This document shows, one piece after another, positions 10,616-23,115 of a stretch of 64,000 nucleotides of DNA (its first letter is position 1; each line of letters opens with the position of its first letter). This DNA comes from Camelus dromedarius. Lineage: Eukaryota. The position numbers and the translations under genes are program-made. Under the pieces are notes generated by a model that was not told the origin of the DNA, did no database searches, and saw nothing but the letters and a program-made list of their open reading frames with translations. The DNA is taken from contig NC_087437.1 in the NCBI RefSeq assembly GCF_036321535.1, forward strand, positions 49,354,001 to 49,418,000, in the 5' to 3' direction.

Positions 10616-12779
10616 ATATAATTTTTAATTTACAAAGATTTATTAGACTTATCAAGTGAACTTCCATTTGAAAATAACCAACTTTATCAAAGTCAGGCAG
10701 ACAGACAGGCGTGCGCAAGCACGCACACGTGCACACACACAGCAAATTCAGATTGCTGTGCTTTGCCCTGTATCCTTAGGAATATTGTAAAGGTTTCACC
10801 ATATAATCAAACTTCATACAGAAAAACTCTAAAAGTGAGAGAAACATTTTATGCTACTTTCAACAACTTATAATAGTTCTTATTTAGCTACAATGTGAGG
10901 TAGTAAGTTTTAAAATAAGTTCATTTACAGAGAGAGAGATTGAGAAACTATGTGAGAAGTAACACAAAAATCCAAATGTGAAATTGCTTCTTTCTAGAAA
11001 TAGGTTGGAATTTGTATTATGAGAGGGAGTAACAGGGAGCATGTTTGTTTCCTTTGGGACCTACACTGAATTTATAAAATATTCTGGTCTTTTCCCCTCT
11101 AGCTACTACCTCCTCCATTAGATTATAAGGTATATCCTTTCGAGAAGTAATGGAGTCCAGTCAACCTAACTTCACTGATCTCCAAGGACTATTGAAAATT
11201 ATAAAGCTTGCTGTGAGGTTCTGACATGCCAGAAGCCACTGAAAAAGAAGTTTGATATCCAGTGGTTCTCCTCATCCTAGGATAAGAAACCAAAATGATA
11301 CCTTCAGGTAAGTAATAATTTCTAATATTAGCTTATTGAGTGAGCTAAAAATGCTTAGAGAAAAAGATTAAGAGATTCACCAATGAGATACTGTAGGCTC
11401 TGGCTGCATGCACTGTTGGTATTATTATGAATATTCAGGAAGTTTAATTCTTTCTTTTCCTTCTTACTTGGAATTCCTTGGCCATTTCTTAGAGAGTAGG
11501 TTGATAAATTCTCAGTTCTTGAGGGCTCTAGGGCATTTTTGCCTCTTATTTAAGTGCAGAGGAGTGTTAGTTACTTAAATAATTGCAAAGGACTAAAAAT
11601 AAACCATAGCTTATTTTTTCAGATTTTGAATTACAAAATTATTTAAATGTTGTCTGCAATCGAAGTGCTACATTACTACATAATGAAATTACAATACTGC
11701 TTAATGACATTAGGAAACTGCATGCAAAAAAATATTTGTACACAAGGTGGTGATGTTAGCAACCAACTACGGTACTTTTATTCTGCTAAAAACCACAATA
11801 AATAACAACAGATTATTTTCCGTGAGTGATCGCCAAAGAGTGTGTTCAGGTGTTCATATAATGATAGCTGTAAGGGCACAGTGCACACAGAAAACCTGTC
11901 ATCACATGTCATTAAAGTAGTGGGGAAGGAAGAGGAAAAGGACAAATCACAGGGAAAAAAAGAGTAACTTCTAAAGAATAAAATTATATTTACATGTAGT
12001 AAGGATTCAAGTATCCAGCTTTTAATACTTAAGTATCTGTTGACACTGATTTGGATATTTAAGTCCAAAGATTAAATCCTAAATTTAATATTGTTTCTGT
12101 AGCTCTCATAAAATATTCCCACTTCCCCGAAAGATATCTTCAGAAAGCTTTTGCCTCACTATCCTCCTCTGCCTTTGCAAACAGGTGTTCTTATCTCAGT
12201 CCTGACTATGGTGTTGATCCTTGGAGGGCAATGTCACCCTCTGTTCGTGTTTCTGGTGTAGAAATTCAAGTTCTTAGACTTATATTAGCATAATTCAGAA
12301 TAATTAAAAAGTGAAGCTGATAATAATAAGTCAGAAACCTTATTTCTTATGAAATATCAGACTTATTAACCTTATCATCAATACTAAAAATATAAATTAA
12401 CTAATATATGCCAACACAAACCTGTTCATATTTTTTGAGTACTGGCACATTAATTATGACTGCTAAGACACAAGTAATTAATTTTATTATCTAGTCCCCA
12501 AATCCAATTATTTGTTATCATGAAATATATTTATACTCAGATATTTCTTTAAAAAGTAAATGACGGCACCAGCAGGAAAGCAGAACGTGTTAGTTACAAA
12601 GGGGAAAGCTTGTGTACCATGAATCACAAAGGTAGGCAGATGTGTTTTCAATTTCAAGATTCTTCTCCCAAGATGAAAAGAGCAGCAATTGTTATTTGCA
12701 AGCCAGAAAGCAAAATATCTGCTCCTGAATTATTGAAGGATGAGTAAGAAACTTAAACCCAAAGAAAAGTAATAAATAA

Positions 12780-13090
12780 TGACAACAGATGTTTGTAAAC
12801 CTGTGCTCCCCTGTTCAGTGTTTCTATGTGTTGTTTTGCCTTGATGTGCTGTCAGCGGCCTCTCACCTGGGAGTAGTGGTATCTTATCAAAGCCCAAACA
12901 GTTCCTCTTCACAACAGACAGATAATACTGCCTTTCAATTTATCATACTGCAAGTCTAAAAGAACCATGGGAACGATTGGTCAGGTGACAGCTTGATGGA
13001 CACTTTGACAGCCCTTAAAGCATCATGGGAAATGGTTGTCACCTGATTTTCAGAGTGACCAGGGAGATAACCTTCAGAATGACAAGGAAA
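12780..13090. promoter_or_regulatory. Candidate enhancer (TBX/MEIS/GATA/TCF motif cluster)
   Basis: Two AGGTGACA in inverted orientation, three TGACAG, four GATAA-type sites and ATCAAAG within about 230 bp of unique sequence. Confidence 0.5.
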
Positions 13091-13599
13091 CAAAAATCTG
13101 AATATTTGTATAAGATCCAGTGGCAGCATCAATGTTCACTTACGTGATAATAAGTACGAATTTAGATGACTCAAAATGTTATTATTCCAACCTCAGAGGT
13201 TTCTCCAAGTCCAGAAATGCCCTTCATCTATGTAGATGCTTTTTACATTTTTATTCAAATGTCATTTGAAAAAATGTATACATACTATAGGGCTTTTGAC
13301 TGTAAAAAGTCACAGTAAAATATATTAAGTATTTAACCACGTGCTAAATATATTGGGCTTGACCATTAATATTCTCCAGCTTTGAAATCTGCTTTTGTTG
13401 GACAAACTCCTTATACACCTTTTCCTAAATATAGTTTGCACATTGTAGTTCTAATTAGAAAGGCTATCATAAAGAATCATATGGATCAAATTTTACACTC
13501 TGAGCTAACTCAGCTTCATGTCGACCATTGTAGCCTTGGTGTGAAAAACAAAATAAGAGAAATCAATTTGAAGATCTTTTGCACAAAAATGTTTGAATC

Positions 13600-13730
13600 T
13601 GTATTTATTCATTTATACAGCCAACAAACATGAGCTGAGCATTTACTACATTCAAGGGTCTCTGCTGCATGTATTAGGATGAGAAGGATAAAACTCTAGC
13701 TTACAACTTGCTCATAGTTTGAGAGTGAGG
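13600..13730 (-). mobile_element. L2 3' end fragment
   Basis: attcattt...caacaaacat...tgagcatttacta. Confidence 0.5.
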
Positions 13731-14119
13731 ATAGTTTTAAATGAATAGTATTTGACAAGTGAGATCAAGAGATCAGCCCAAATATACTGCCTTCTAGTTG
13801 GTGAGGCTTATACACAGTCATTTACAAAGTCATCTTTTGCATAATTTCTCTTGTCCATTGTATATACAGTTTATGAATAGTTTTATGGTCTGATCTGAGG
13901 AAATTCTGCCTGAAAACTGGGGTTCCAAAGAAAAAGATAAGCACTCAATATCGATACGTTTATTGAGTGCCTCCCAAGTTTAAAGAATGATTGCAGAAAC
14001 AGTAGGGAGGTAAAAGAGACTTGAAACACAATTCTTACAAGTAAGGAGGACGCTAGACATCACAAATCCTCAGTCCCTTAGATATTTCAGCTACTTCTTT
14101 TTTTTCTAGTGCACTCAGT

Positions 14120-14245
14120 AACTTTTATTTTAAAATAATATATAACGTACAGAAAAATTATGAGAATAGTACAAAGAACTCCTTTATACTCATCACCCAA
14201 ACTTTACCAGTTGCTAACATTTTGCCATGTTTGTTTTTATCACTC
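14120..14245 (-). mobile_element. Ancient L1 (L1MC/L1ME) 3' tail
   Basis: tacagaaaaatt...aatagtacaaagaactcc...tcaccca...ttgctaacattttgcca. Confidence 0.7.
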
Positions 14246-14689
14246 CTACTCCCACTCTTTCTCTCTCTCACACACATCCTTCCCTCCCCGCTTCCTCCCT
14301 CTCTTTAGTTATTCAATATTATATTTTTATAGTTTAAATAATTTTATTACAGGGAAATGAGATTAGATTTGTGTCTCATTCATCTTTATACTCCTTCACG
14401 AAACCTAGCATCTGTCTTTTATATACTTAATAAGAATATATATGAATGAACAATAAATACTATTCAAAGTAAATCTAGTCTTTGATCTTTTAGATTTGTG
14501 TTTATATGTAAATATAAAAGGAATTATATTATCTGTCTAAAACATATGTAATGTATTACAAAATATGAATCTTCCCTCCAGCTATGTCTGATCAATAAGT
14601 GATTTAGTAAAATAAGGAAATAATACAGTAAAATAAAGAAACTGCAGCAGGAATGACTTTGCAAAGGAAGTAAAAGATAAAAGCTTCAG

Positions 14690-14960
14690 GTGCTGCTGGC
14701 TCTTTGTCTTTCTCCGGGACAAACAGACCAACTATAGATGCCAGACAAAAAGCTGAGATTTAAACAGAAACTGTCTTTCTGAAAAAATACTCTGGCACCA
14801 TTGTTGAAACTGGTACCACTTGGCTGCCGGACACTTTTGGGATAACACTCTGCTTTCACAAAATTTGATGCTTTGGATTCACATTCCAACATGATTTTCC
14901 AAATCCAGTTGTGCCAAAGCCAGACAAGCCAGACAAATTGTGAGAGCACCCTTAATGTTT
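14690..14960. promoter_or_regulatory. Candidate SMAD/TEAD/NFI-responsive element
   Basis: Tandem AGCCAGACA x2 at 14918-14935, GCCAGACA at 14740, ACATTCCA at 14881 and TGCCAA at 14912. Confidence 0.45.
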
Positions 14961-17134
14961 TCCAGGGAACTGAAAAAAGCCAGTAAATAATTTAAATAAC
15001 TATTAACAACAAAATGTTCTCCATATAATTCTTTACAAGAGGACACATTTTTGAAAAAGAGAGAAAGCTGAAGTTTGCAAGTGCAAAGCAAAATGCTTTT
15101 GAGTGCTGTATGTAAATTCAAATACTTAGAGACTGATTAAAACACATTTTGCTTATTTCAAATTGGGAGGGCAAGATGGAGGAGGAAGATTTATAATAAC
15201 TGATACATGGACAAGGTCCAAATGCTACAGAACAACCAAATTCTGAATCATTTCTGAATCAGAGCTGTGGTTAAAATGCTTTTCCTTTCCTTGTTGAAAC
15301 AAACCCATGCAGCATCAGGTCCTAACAGGCCCCAGATGGAGTCCCTAGTTCACCTGATATCAATTAAGTTTTATTGTTGACAATTAATGTTGTCACTTAG
15401 GTCGAATAAGTAAGCTAAATATAAAGCCAGAACCAAAGTCTTATAACATATTTCATAGTAATGCCAAAATTTGTGGTCTGAAAACTTTCGATACTAGTGT
15501 GGAATTTTCAGTCAGACTGAAAGTTTCACAGAAAGAAATACTCAGACTAAAAATGCCACAGAAAGAAAAAATGATTTATAGGTTAAGTCATAAAATCATT
15601 TTAGAAATATGACATGTACTTTCCTATTGTAAATTTCAACATATAAAATCAGCTTTTGGGGGAAAGATTGTTAAGCAGCATTTTGAAGGACACAAAAGTC
15701 TTACAAATTATTGTAGGTTATATGAATATATTTTTAAATGTCGGTTATATGAATCATGGACTTTTAAAAAAAGCATTCTTACTTAGAGTGTATAAAATTG
15801 GTGATCTTTTGGCTCAAAATATGTAAGTACCACTGTCTAGACTCTTCTTTGGTGTGAGATACAAAGAGAACCTTGAGTCTTATGACCCAGATTTAGAGTT
15901 ATTAAAGTTCTTTCTGTTAGCTTTTTTTTCAGGATATGTACAGCATGCTTCAAATGTGTGAAATCCTGAATTCATTTTTCCTTATTTTTCTGACTGCATC
16001 TTTTCAGGTTTGGTCGATCTCAGTATTCAAAACACAAAAAGCTTTCCTTTAGACGCCTTGTTTCATATAGGCTTTTTTGGTGTTTATTTTTAATGATTAA
16101 AAAACGTGGCTTGCACACTTAGAAAGTACGTTTAAGGTTTTAAAATCCAAGCTCCTCATACTGGTTCTGTACCTTTCTAGTAAACTGGAGATTTGTCGGG
16201 GAAGTGAATCAGTGAGTATGTTGATTTTTTTTTTTAAAGGTATTTAGAAAAGCTGTTTAATTGTCTCAATGCCAGAAAGTAACCACTGAAGAATCTTACC
16301 CAAAGTTACCCTGTTGTTATGGCTTTTATAGCTTCTTTACAGCTAAAAAGGCTTGATTTTTTTTTCATAAAAATGTAAAATGCAGAAAAAGAAGGGAATA
16401 TGATAGCATATCTCACTAATACTATTTTAAACATTTACTATTAAATTATTTAAGCTGCATATTTACAAGACCATGTTTTGAATGCAGAAAGGGAATTGAT
16501 TCTTAGCTTTCTGTCCAGCTAGTTCTCAGAATTTTATCTGTGATTATTCAGAGATTTATAATAAACTTTCTAAAACTCACATATGCTGTATAATCCTAGG
16601 ATTATGAAAATGGCACATTATACGGTTCACCTTTCACTTCTACCTAATTATTTTAATAAATTCTTCTTTTGGAGGATGTAAGAAGAAAATACATGGAGTT
16701 AGGTTTAAACTAATTCTTAGGCTCCAAGTGGTGTTAGTACCTACATTAGTACATTTATTTTTCTAGTCTGTAACTATATGGAATGAAGAAAACCCAAAGT
16801 GGAAAGTGAAATTATTGCTCAACTAAGTGATTATTTTATCTGCATTATGTCAAATTAACACTTGGACTTTTTCCATTGAGTATTCTTAACTGGCAGTTGT
16901 GTTGAAATTTTATAGGTGCAGCCATAGTGTTTGAACAATCAAGCAGCAATCTTCCCATTATTTATTCTGTATGGCGTTTTAAACCCACCATTTTCTTTCT
17001 AGTCTTATAGTTAATAGAGAGCAAATGAACGTCATTATTTTCCAGCCTTGTAATGCTCCTTATCTACTATATTGGAAATTTGCTCTCTCCTCTAGTCAAA
17101 AAAGGCTTAATTCTTTGTGATTTCTTTTCCCTCT

Positions 17135-17285
17135 CCATCTTAGGAAAGTTGTAGCTCCCTGAGACTCAGTTTCCTCACCTGCAAAGTGGAAATAATTATA
17201 CCTACCTGGTAGAATTGTTATGAAGATTAGCGAGTAAGTGCGAAATACCTCCTGTAACACAGTCGGCTCCCAGTAAGAGCTAATT
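17135..17285 (+). mobile_element. MIR
   Basis: ctcagtttcctcacctgcaaagtggaaataat core. Confidence 0.85.
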
Positions 17286-17729
17286 CCCTTCTCTTTGATT
17301 AGTACTGGAATCCTTATTGATTGACTTGTGTCAAAAGGCAGGTTATTCAATGTCTTAAATTAACCTCTTTCCTTCAGTTATACTGAAGCATAAATCAGTG
17401 TGTCAGCAAATACTAATCTTTCTGCGGGGTTGATTCATTAAAAAGGATTCAGCACAAAAATAATCCTAAATCATAAGACTGATATTGACAACATTCAGAA
17501 AAGACAATCCTCCCCAGAGACAGGAGAAAAAGATTCTTTGCCTTTTACAAAAAGCCAATACAAATTTCCCCTTAAATATTTTCCACTACAACTCCATGAA
17601 GCAATAATAGAATATTTGGATTATGTCGTCCAGCACGTGTATACAGATATCTGAAAACTACAAAAAATATGCAAAGTATTATTCATATTTCATTACTGTG
17701 GAATCAAAGAGAGAGCTATCCTCACGACC

Positions 17730-17945
17730 ATAACAATGCAACAAATGCTTATGCTTATACAGTGACAGGCATTGTGTTCAAGTATTTAACGTGGATTATC
17801 TCATTTAATCCCCACATCACTACTGAGGTAGATATTATCATTGTCATTATTATTCTCATTTTATAGTTGGGAAACTTGATCATGGAAAAAGTAAGCAGTC
17901 TGATCAAGGCTGTGTAGTCTGTAAGTGGTGGGGTTGAAATTCCAA
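17730..17945 (-). mobile_element. MIR
   Basis: attatctcatttaatcc...gaggtagatattat...cattttatagttgggaaact. Confidence 0.85.
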
Positions 17946-18116
17946 ATGATCTGCAGAAAACTCATTATGCTCATTTGGACATGAGATTTCAACAAATAGT
18001 AGTCCTTTTATTCTTTGAAAAAAGAAAACGATATAACTATTTCATTACCTTTCATCTCTTAGGCAATAATAAAATCTAATCCTAAATATTTAAAACATTC
18101 ATAGCATTCATTTAGA

Positions 18117-19253
18117 CTGTGGTTCTCAAATTTTGCAGCCTCAGAAACCCTTTACATTCTTAAAAATTATTGAAGACCCCAAAGAGCTTTTGCTTATGTA
18201 AGTTAGATCTATCAATATTTATCATATTAGAAATTAACAGAGAAACTTTAAAAGCATTTATAATTTATTTAAAATAATAACTCATATGTGAACATAACTA
18301 ATAATATCTTTAAAAAATAACTATAGTTATTCCATCAAAAAGTGGCATTACTTGACATTTTTTCAAATCCTATATTGGGCTTAATAGAAGCCAGCTGAAT
18401 GCTCATATCTGCTTTTACACTCAATCTGTTGTGATTTTGAAGTGTATCAAGAAAGTCTGATCTCTTACAAATGTGCAGTTGGAAAAGGGAGGAGTGAGTA
18501 AATAGCCTTTTTGGATAATTTTGGGTATTATTCTTTGGTACAAGACCAAAACTTGACCAACGTGGTTTCTTTAGAAATTAGTTTTAATATAGAATTTCAA
18601 ACAATATCAATGAACTTTTTGTACATTTTTATATATAAATCCTTTGTCATTATTTGGCACTTTGAATGGATCTTTTACCTATGCCTAGTTTTGATATATC
18701 ATGTTAGTCCTTTGTAAAATACAGGTCCACTTCAGATCTTCCAACTGTTGACATATTTCACTGTGTAATATTTAAAAACCAAACCATAATGATTAATATT
18801 ACCACTGATCTCATCAGAACGTCAGCTTGCAAAACAATCATGATCGGGCTTTCCTTGAGACAACCATCTTACCTCAGGACACAGCAGAAATACTTCAAGT
18901 GTATTTCCCATTTTGTTATACAGAAAAAGATATATACTCAAGGTACAAGATTTAATAAAATTAATAACTTTTACTGTTTAATCAAGAAAACTCTTAAATG
19001 CAACTGACTTTTTTTTTTCAGTATAAATATGTGGAAGTGACAATATAATGACTACAAGTAGAGTTTAATGCCACTGCCTTAGACCATGAGCAGTTTATCC
19101 GCCACTGTTTGTGCACAGTTAGTGCAAAATGCCAACAGTGAAAAAAACAAGTAACATCTTAGTATTACCACAGAAATAGTTTTGATTTCATGGACTCCTT
19201 GAAAGGGTCTCAGGGACCCTGAGAGTCTGCAGACTACACTTTCAGAACCATTG
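18117..19253 (-). mobile_element. Charlie1a-like hAT DNA transposon (internally deleted, with transposase remnant)
   Basis: TIRs ctgtggttctcaaa / tttcagaaccattg. The minus strand translates in pieces to KAVALNSTCSHYIV and VKVINFIKS...LLCPEVRWLSQGK, resembling Buster/Charlie transposase motifs. Confidence 0.9.
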
Positions 19254-21229
19254 ACTTAAGGTTATACTCCCCTTCTGCCAGTCAAATATTCCCTGGGAAT
19301 TCTGGAAGAAGAGTTAAAACACGATGGAAAAGTTGCATGTAAAAAAAATTTTTATTCCTTTGATTCTTGGGTTTCCTTGTTGCATTATAAAAGCTAAGTT
19401 TTGGTCTTTTCGCATACTGTAAAATACTGAATTCATTTCAATTTCTTGTCTGAATTATTATGGTCCCAGTCTATGCCTATAAGTTACTACATGAAAGTAT
19501 TTTTTAAACAATATATTAGAGGGAGGGAGAATAAACAAGTAATAAGATTTTCTCAGTCTATAAATTAGTTACTGTGTGTAAACTGTTCAGCAGGTCAAGT
19601 CATTCAGGTCAATAAAATCTCTTTCATTAATCAACCTCTACATTAATTTACTAATTTCTCTGTACCTCCCAAAGTGAGAACTCTATTCAGATGTATTATC
19701 TGTGTTTCCTAATTTGAACAGATTATGAATATATTATGATGCAATTGAAGATAAACAGATTGTGCATATTAGATCATTTCTGTAATGAATTCAAGGATGA
19801 ACTAATACATGTTGTTTAGAAGTCAGCGGTCATGAGCACATGACAGAAGCTGGCTCTAAATTGAACCTGAGAGGAATTCCTTTAGTCTGGGCTATTGTAA
19901 ACTACTTAATTCTGAAAATATCTCCTTAAAATAAATTTTAAAATTTATCCCAACTAATCCTTTATGAGTAAGGGTTAAAGACAGAATCCCATGATTTTAT
20001 AAATCCCTAGTGGCTAACAAATTGCATGTTTATTTTACTCTATTGTCCAAATCAGTTCACACAAGTTCTTAAAGACAGGTTGATGCTGAAATATAAGATA
20101 CTTTATGATCTATGACTATTTTAGAGGCATTTTATAATTTTGAATGTGTCACTAGTTTATTATTTTCTTCCTTTTTCTGGTTGTAATCTAATAGTAAGAG
20201 ACAACAGAGGACTTTTACCAAATTTTTGTTCTTCATATAACATTTTAAATAACTTTATTTGGAGTAAAAATAAAGCTGAAATATTTATCACAGGAATGGT
20301 ACAGGTGGGAAAAGAGTGAAAGGGGGTATGTTCTCCTTGAGCGACAAGTATCACCTGCCATTCCTCTACTAAGGCGGTACTAACCGGGTGCCCATCTCTG
20401 AGCTTTCAGGTTTCCCTCCTTCCTGGTATGACAACACCCCACACACCTTCTGCCTTCCTCCTTGAATGCTACTCACTCTTCAAGGTTCTCCTCAATAAAG
20501 CCTGGTGACTCCAGGTTCCATACTTCTCCCTCTTGTATATTATAGTCTAGAGGCATTTTTTTGTATTTCTTCAGCGTTTCCTCAAGCTTATTACCATAGA
20601 GTTCAGTTCTTAACAGGTACCCAGGAAAATTGTTATGATCGAATATAAACTGTCAAGAAAAAAATGAAAGAAAGCTAGTTCATTAGAAGAATGGTTTCAT
20701 TCAAATGATTTGCCACATATTATGATTTTGGAAAAGCAACACAAAATTAGAGTTGAAGACAATGAAAACTTCAGAAAAACAATTTTCCTACAGAAGTTTT
20801 AAAATTTTTTATCCTGTAAGCACTGAATAATTTTGAGCAATGGATTTTTTGCAAAAGACAGATTAAAATAGCTATGACTGCCTATGGATTGAGCAATATT
20901 TTTAATAAAGAGAAAAATAATGTTATCTGACTTATTTTCTCAAAAGACCATGTGTTTAGAAGAATAAAGCAAGTTTAACAGGTTTGGAGAAGAAAGTGAA
21001 ATTGGAACTCAGATCAGTCCAGTTCTATGGACTTGAGATCTACAAAGGAGTTCGGACTCATATCTGTAACAAGAATTAAAAATATCTGTCTCCGTTGCAA
21101 TATGCACCTCAAAAGACCACCAGAGTATCATCACTTTCTCAACTGTGTGATTAGACTTAACAGAAATAGAAATGATAAATATTGGAAGACACAATTTCCA
21201 TTTTTGTAGATGTACAGTAAACTCAGAAA

Positions 21230-22135
21230 GGCCAGAAAAGAATTCAGTATATCTTGAACATAGATAACATACCTGAAAAATTACAGAAAATGGAAGTTTT
21301 AAAGGGGTCCTTTTTACAAAAGAAGCAAAAATATACTTTTAAATCTCTAGGTAGTTTTATGAAAACCTTCACAAGGAAAGTACATAACTTATATGAAGAA
21401 AACTAAAAAATATTGTTAAAAGATATATTAAAAGACTTAACATATAGGGGGAGGGTATAGCTCAAGTTGTAGAGCACATGCTTAGCGTACATGAGGTCCT
21501 GGGTTCAATCCCTAGTACCTCTTCTAAAAATTAATAAATGAATAAAATTAATTACCTGCCCCCTCAAAAAAAAAAACAATATATAGCTGTAACATATTCA
21601 AGATTAGGGAAACTAAACACTATAAAAATAAAATTCTGCCAGATATTGTATACATATAATGTTATTAGAACAAATATCCTAAACAAGTTAAGGCATAAGG
21701 TCCTAAAATATCCTGAAGGACTAAAGAAGCAAAATGCAAAGAAATAGTTGAAAAAGAAATATAGTAGAGGTAAGGTAACTCTATTACTTTTAAAAACATA
21801 CTTAAGGTACAGTAATAAAAGGGGTAGTGCTGGAATAATAATTACTCATTAGGATAGAGTAGATAAGATAGTATGTATATAATATGTATTTATGTGTGTA
21901 TATACATAATACACACATGTGCATATATCTTACTTCTATTCCATTTAGTTTCCACTATAATAGCAGTTTAGTATATCAAAAATATGTTTACTATAACTAG
22001 TTAATGAGGAAGAGAAGGATAATTCAGCAAGTAGGAGTGGAAAATGAAATAAGAATTTGAAAACTTGCCAATTGAAGTGGCCACTTCATACTACATTCAC
22101 AAATAAAATATGTATGTTCTGAGACAAAAGAAAAA
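21230..22135 (+). mobile_element. Highly decayed ancient L1 ORF2 fragment, interrupted by a SINE
   Basis: A-rich. tatatgaagaaaactaaaaaatattgttaaaagatat and aaaacatacttaaggtacagtaataaaa resemble L1 ORF2. Confidence 0.6.
21447..21577 (+). mobile_element. tRNA-derived SINE, camelid Vic-1-like
   Basis: GGGGGAGGGTATAGCTCAAG start, A box at 21458, B box GTTCAATCC at 21503, AT-rich middle, attacctgccccc and an A tail. Confidence 0.88.
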
Positions 22136-22384
22136 AGCTACTAGGGGAATTCTCAAATTTTACAATGAGATGATTCTAGGTACTACTCATTTATCCAAAC
22201 AGTGTCTATTAGATTTTAATTCCTGATGGTTTTTGCAGTTTATGTATCTTTGTCTCCCTCACAACTAGCACTGAGCTTCTCACACTCTACATGTGCAATG
22301 CACTTTTTTGATAGGTAATTGATAGATTTATTCATTCATTTACCCATTTAAATATTGTTAATTGAAAATATTTAGGTACATTCA

Positions 22385-23115
22385 TTTTAAATTTTTTATT
22401 GAGTTATGGTCATTTTATAGTGTTGTGTCAAATTCCAGTTAGAGCACAATTTTTCAGCCATACATGAACATACATATACTCATTGTCACTTTTTTTTTTT
22501 TTTCGCTGTGAGCTACCACAAGATCTTGTATATACTTCCATGTGCCATACAGTATAATCTTGTTTATCTATTCTGCATATGCCTGTCACTATACAAATTA
22601 TGAAATCCCAGTCTGTCCCTTCCCACCCCTCACCCCCTTGGCAACCACAAGTTTGTATTCTGTGTCTATGAGTCTGTTTCTGTTTTGTATTTATGTTTTT
22701 TTTTTTTTTTTAGATTCCACATAGAAGCAATCTCATATGATATTTTTCTTTCTCTTTCTGGCTTACTTCACTTAAATGACATTCTCCAGGGACATCCATG
22801 TTGCTGCAAATGGCGTTATGTTGTCATTTTTAAGGCTGAATAGTATTCCATTGTATAAATATACCACATCTTCTTTATCCAGTCATCTGTTGATGGACAT
22901 TTAGGCTGTTTCCATATCTTTGCTATTGTAAATAGTGCTGCTATGAATATTGGGGTGCAGGTGTCTTTTTGAAGTAGGGTTCCTTCTGGATATGTGCCCA
23001 GGAGCAGGATTACTGGGTCATATGGTAAGTCTATTCCTAGTCTTTTGAGGAATCTCCATACTGCTTTCCACAGTGGCTACAACAAATTGCATTCCCACCA
23101 GCAGTGTAGGAGGGT
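22385..23115 (-). mobile_element. Lineage-specific LINE-1 3' end, 5' truncated
   Basis: Well-preserved ORF2 terminus (gcattcccaccagcagtgtaggagggt, tctgttgatggacatttagg) plus 3' UTR. Confidence 0.93.

Noticed and set aside
10589..10650. Poly-T with minus-strand ATTAAA/AATAAA, suggesting a retrocopied mRNA end
   Set aside because: The T run coincides with a short T run inside the L1MC sequence and is followed by the expected gctg, so local expansion is the simpler explanation. No TSD seen.
21447..21525. tRNA gene-like sequence (also at 40080)
   Set aside because: Followed by a SINE body and A-rich tail, the second copy has a TSD, and the stems are degenerate. These are SINE heads, not tRNA genes.
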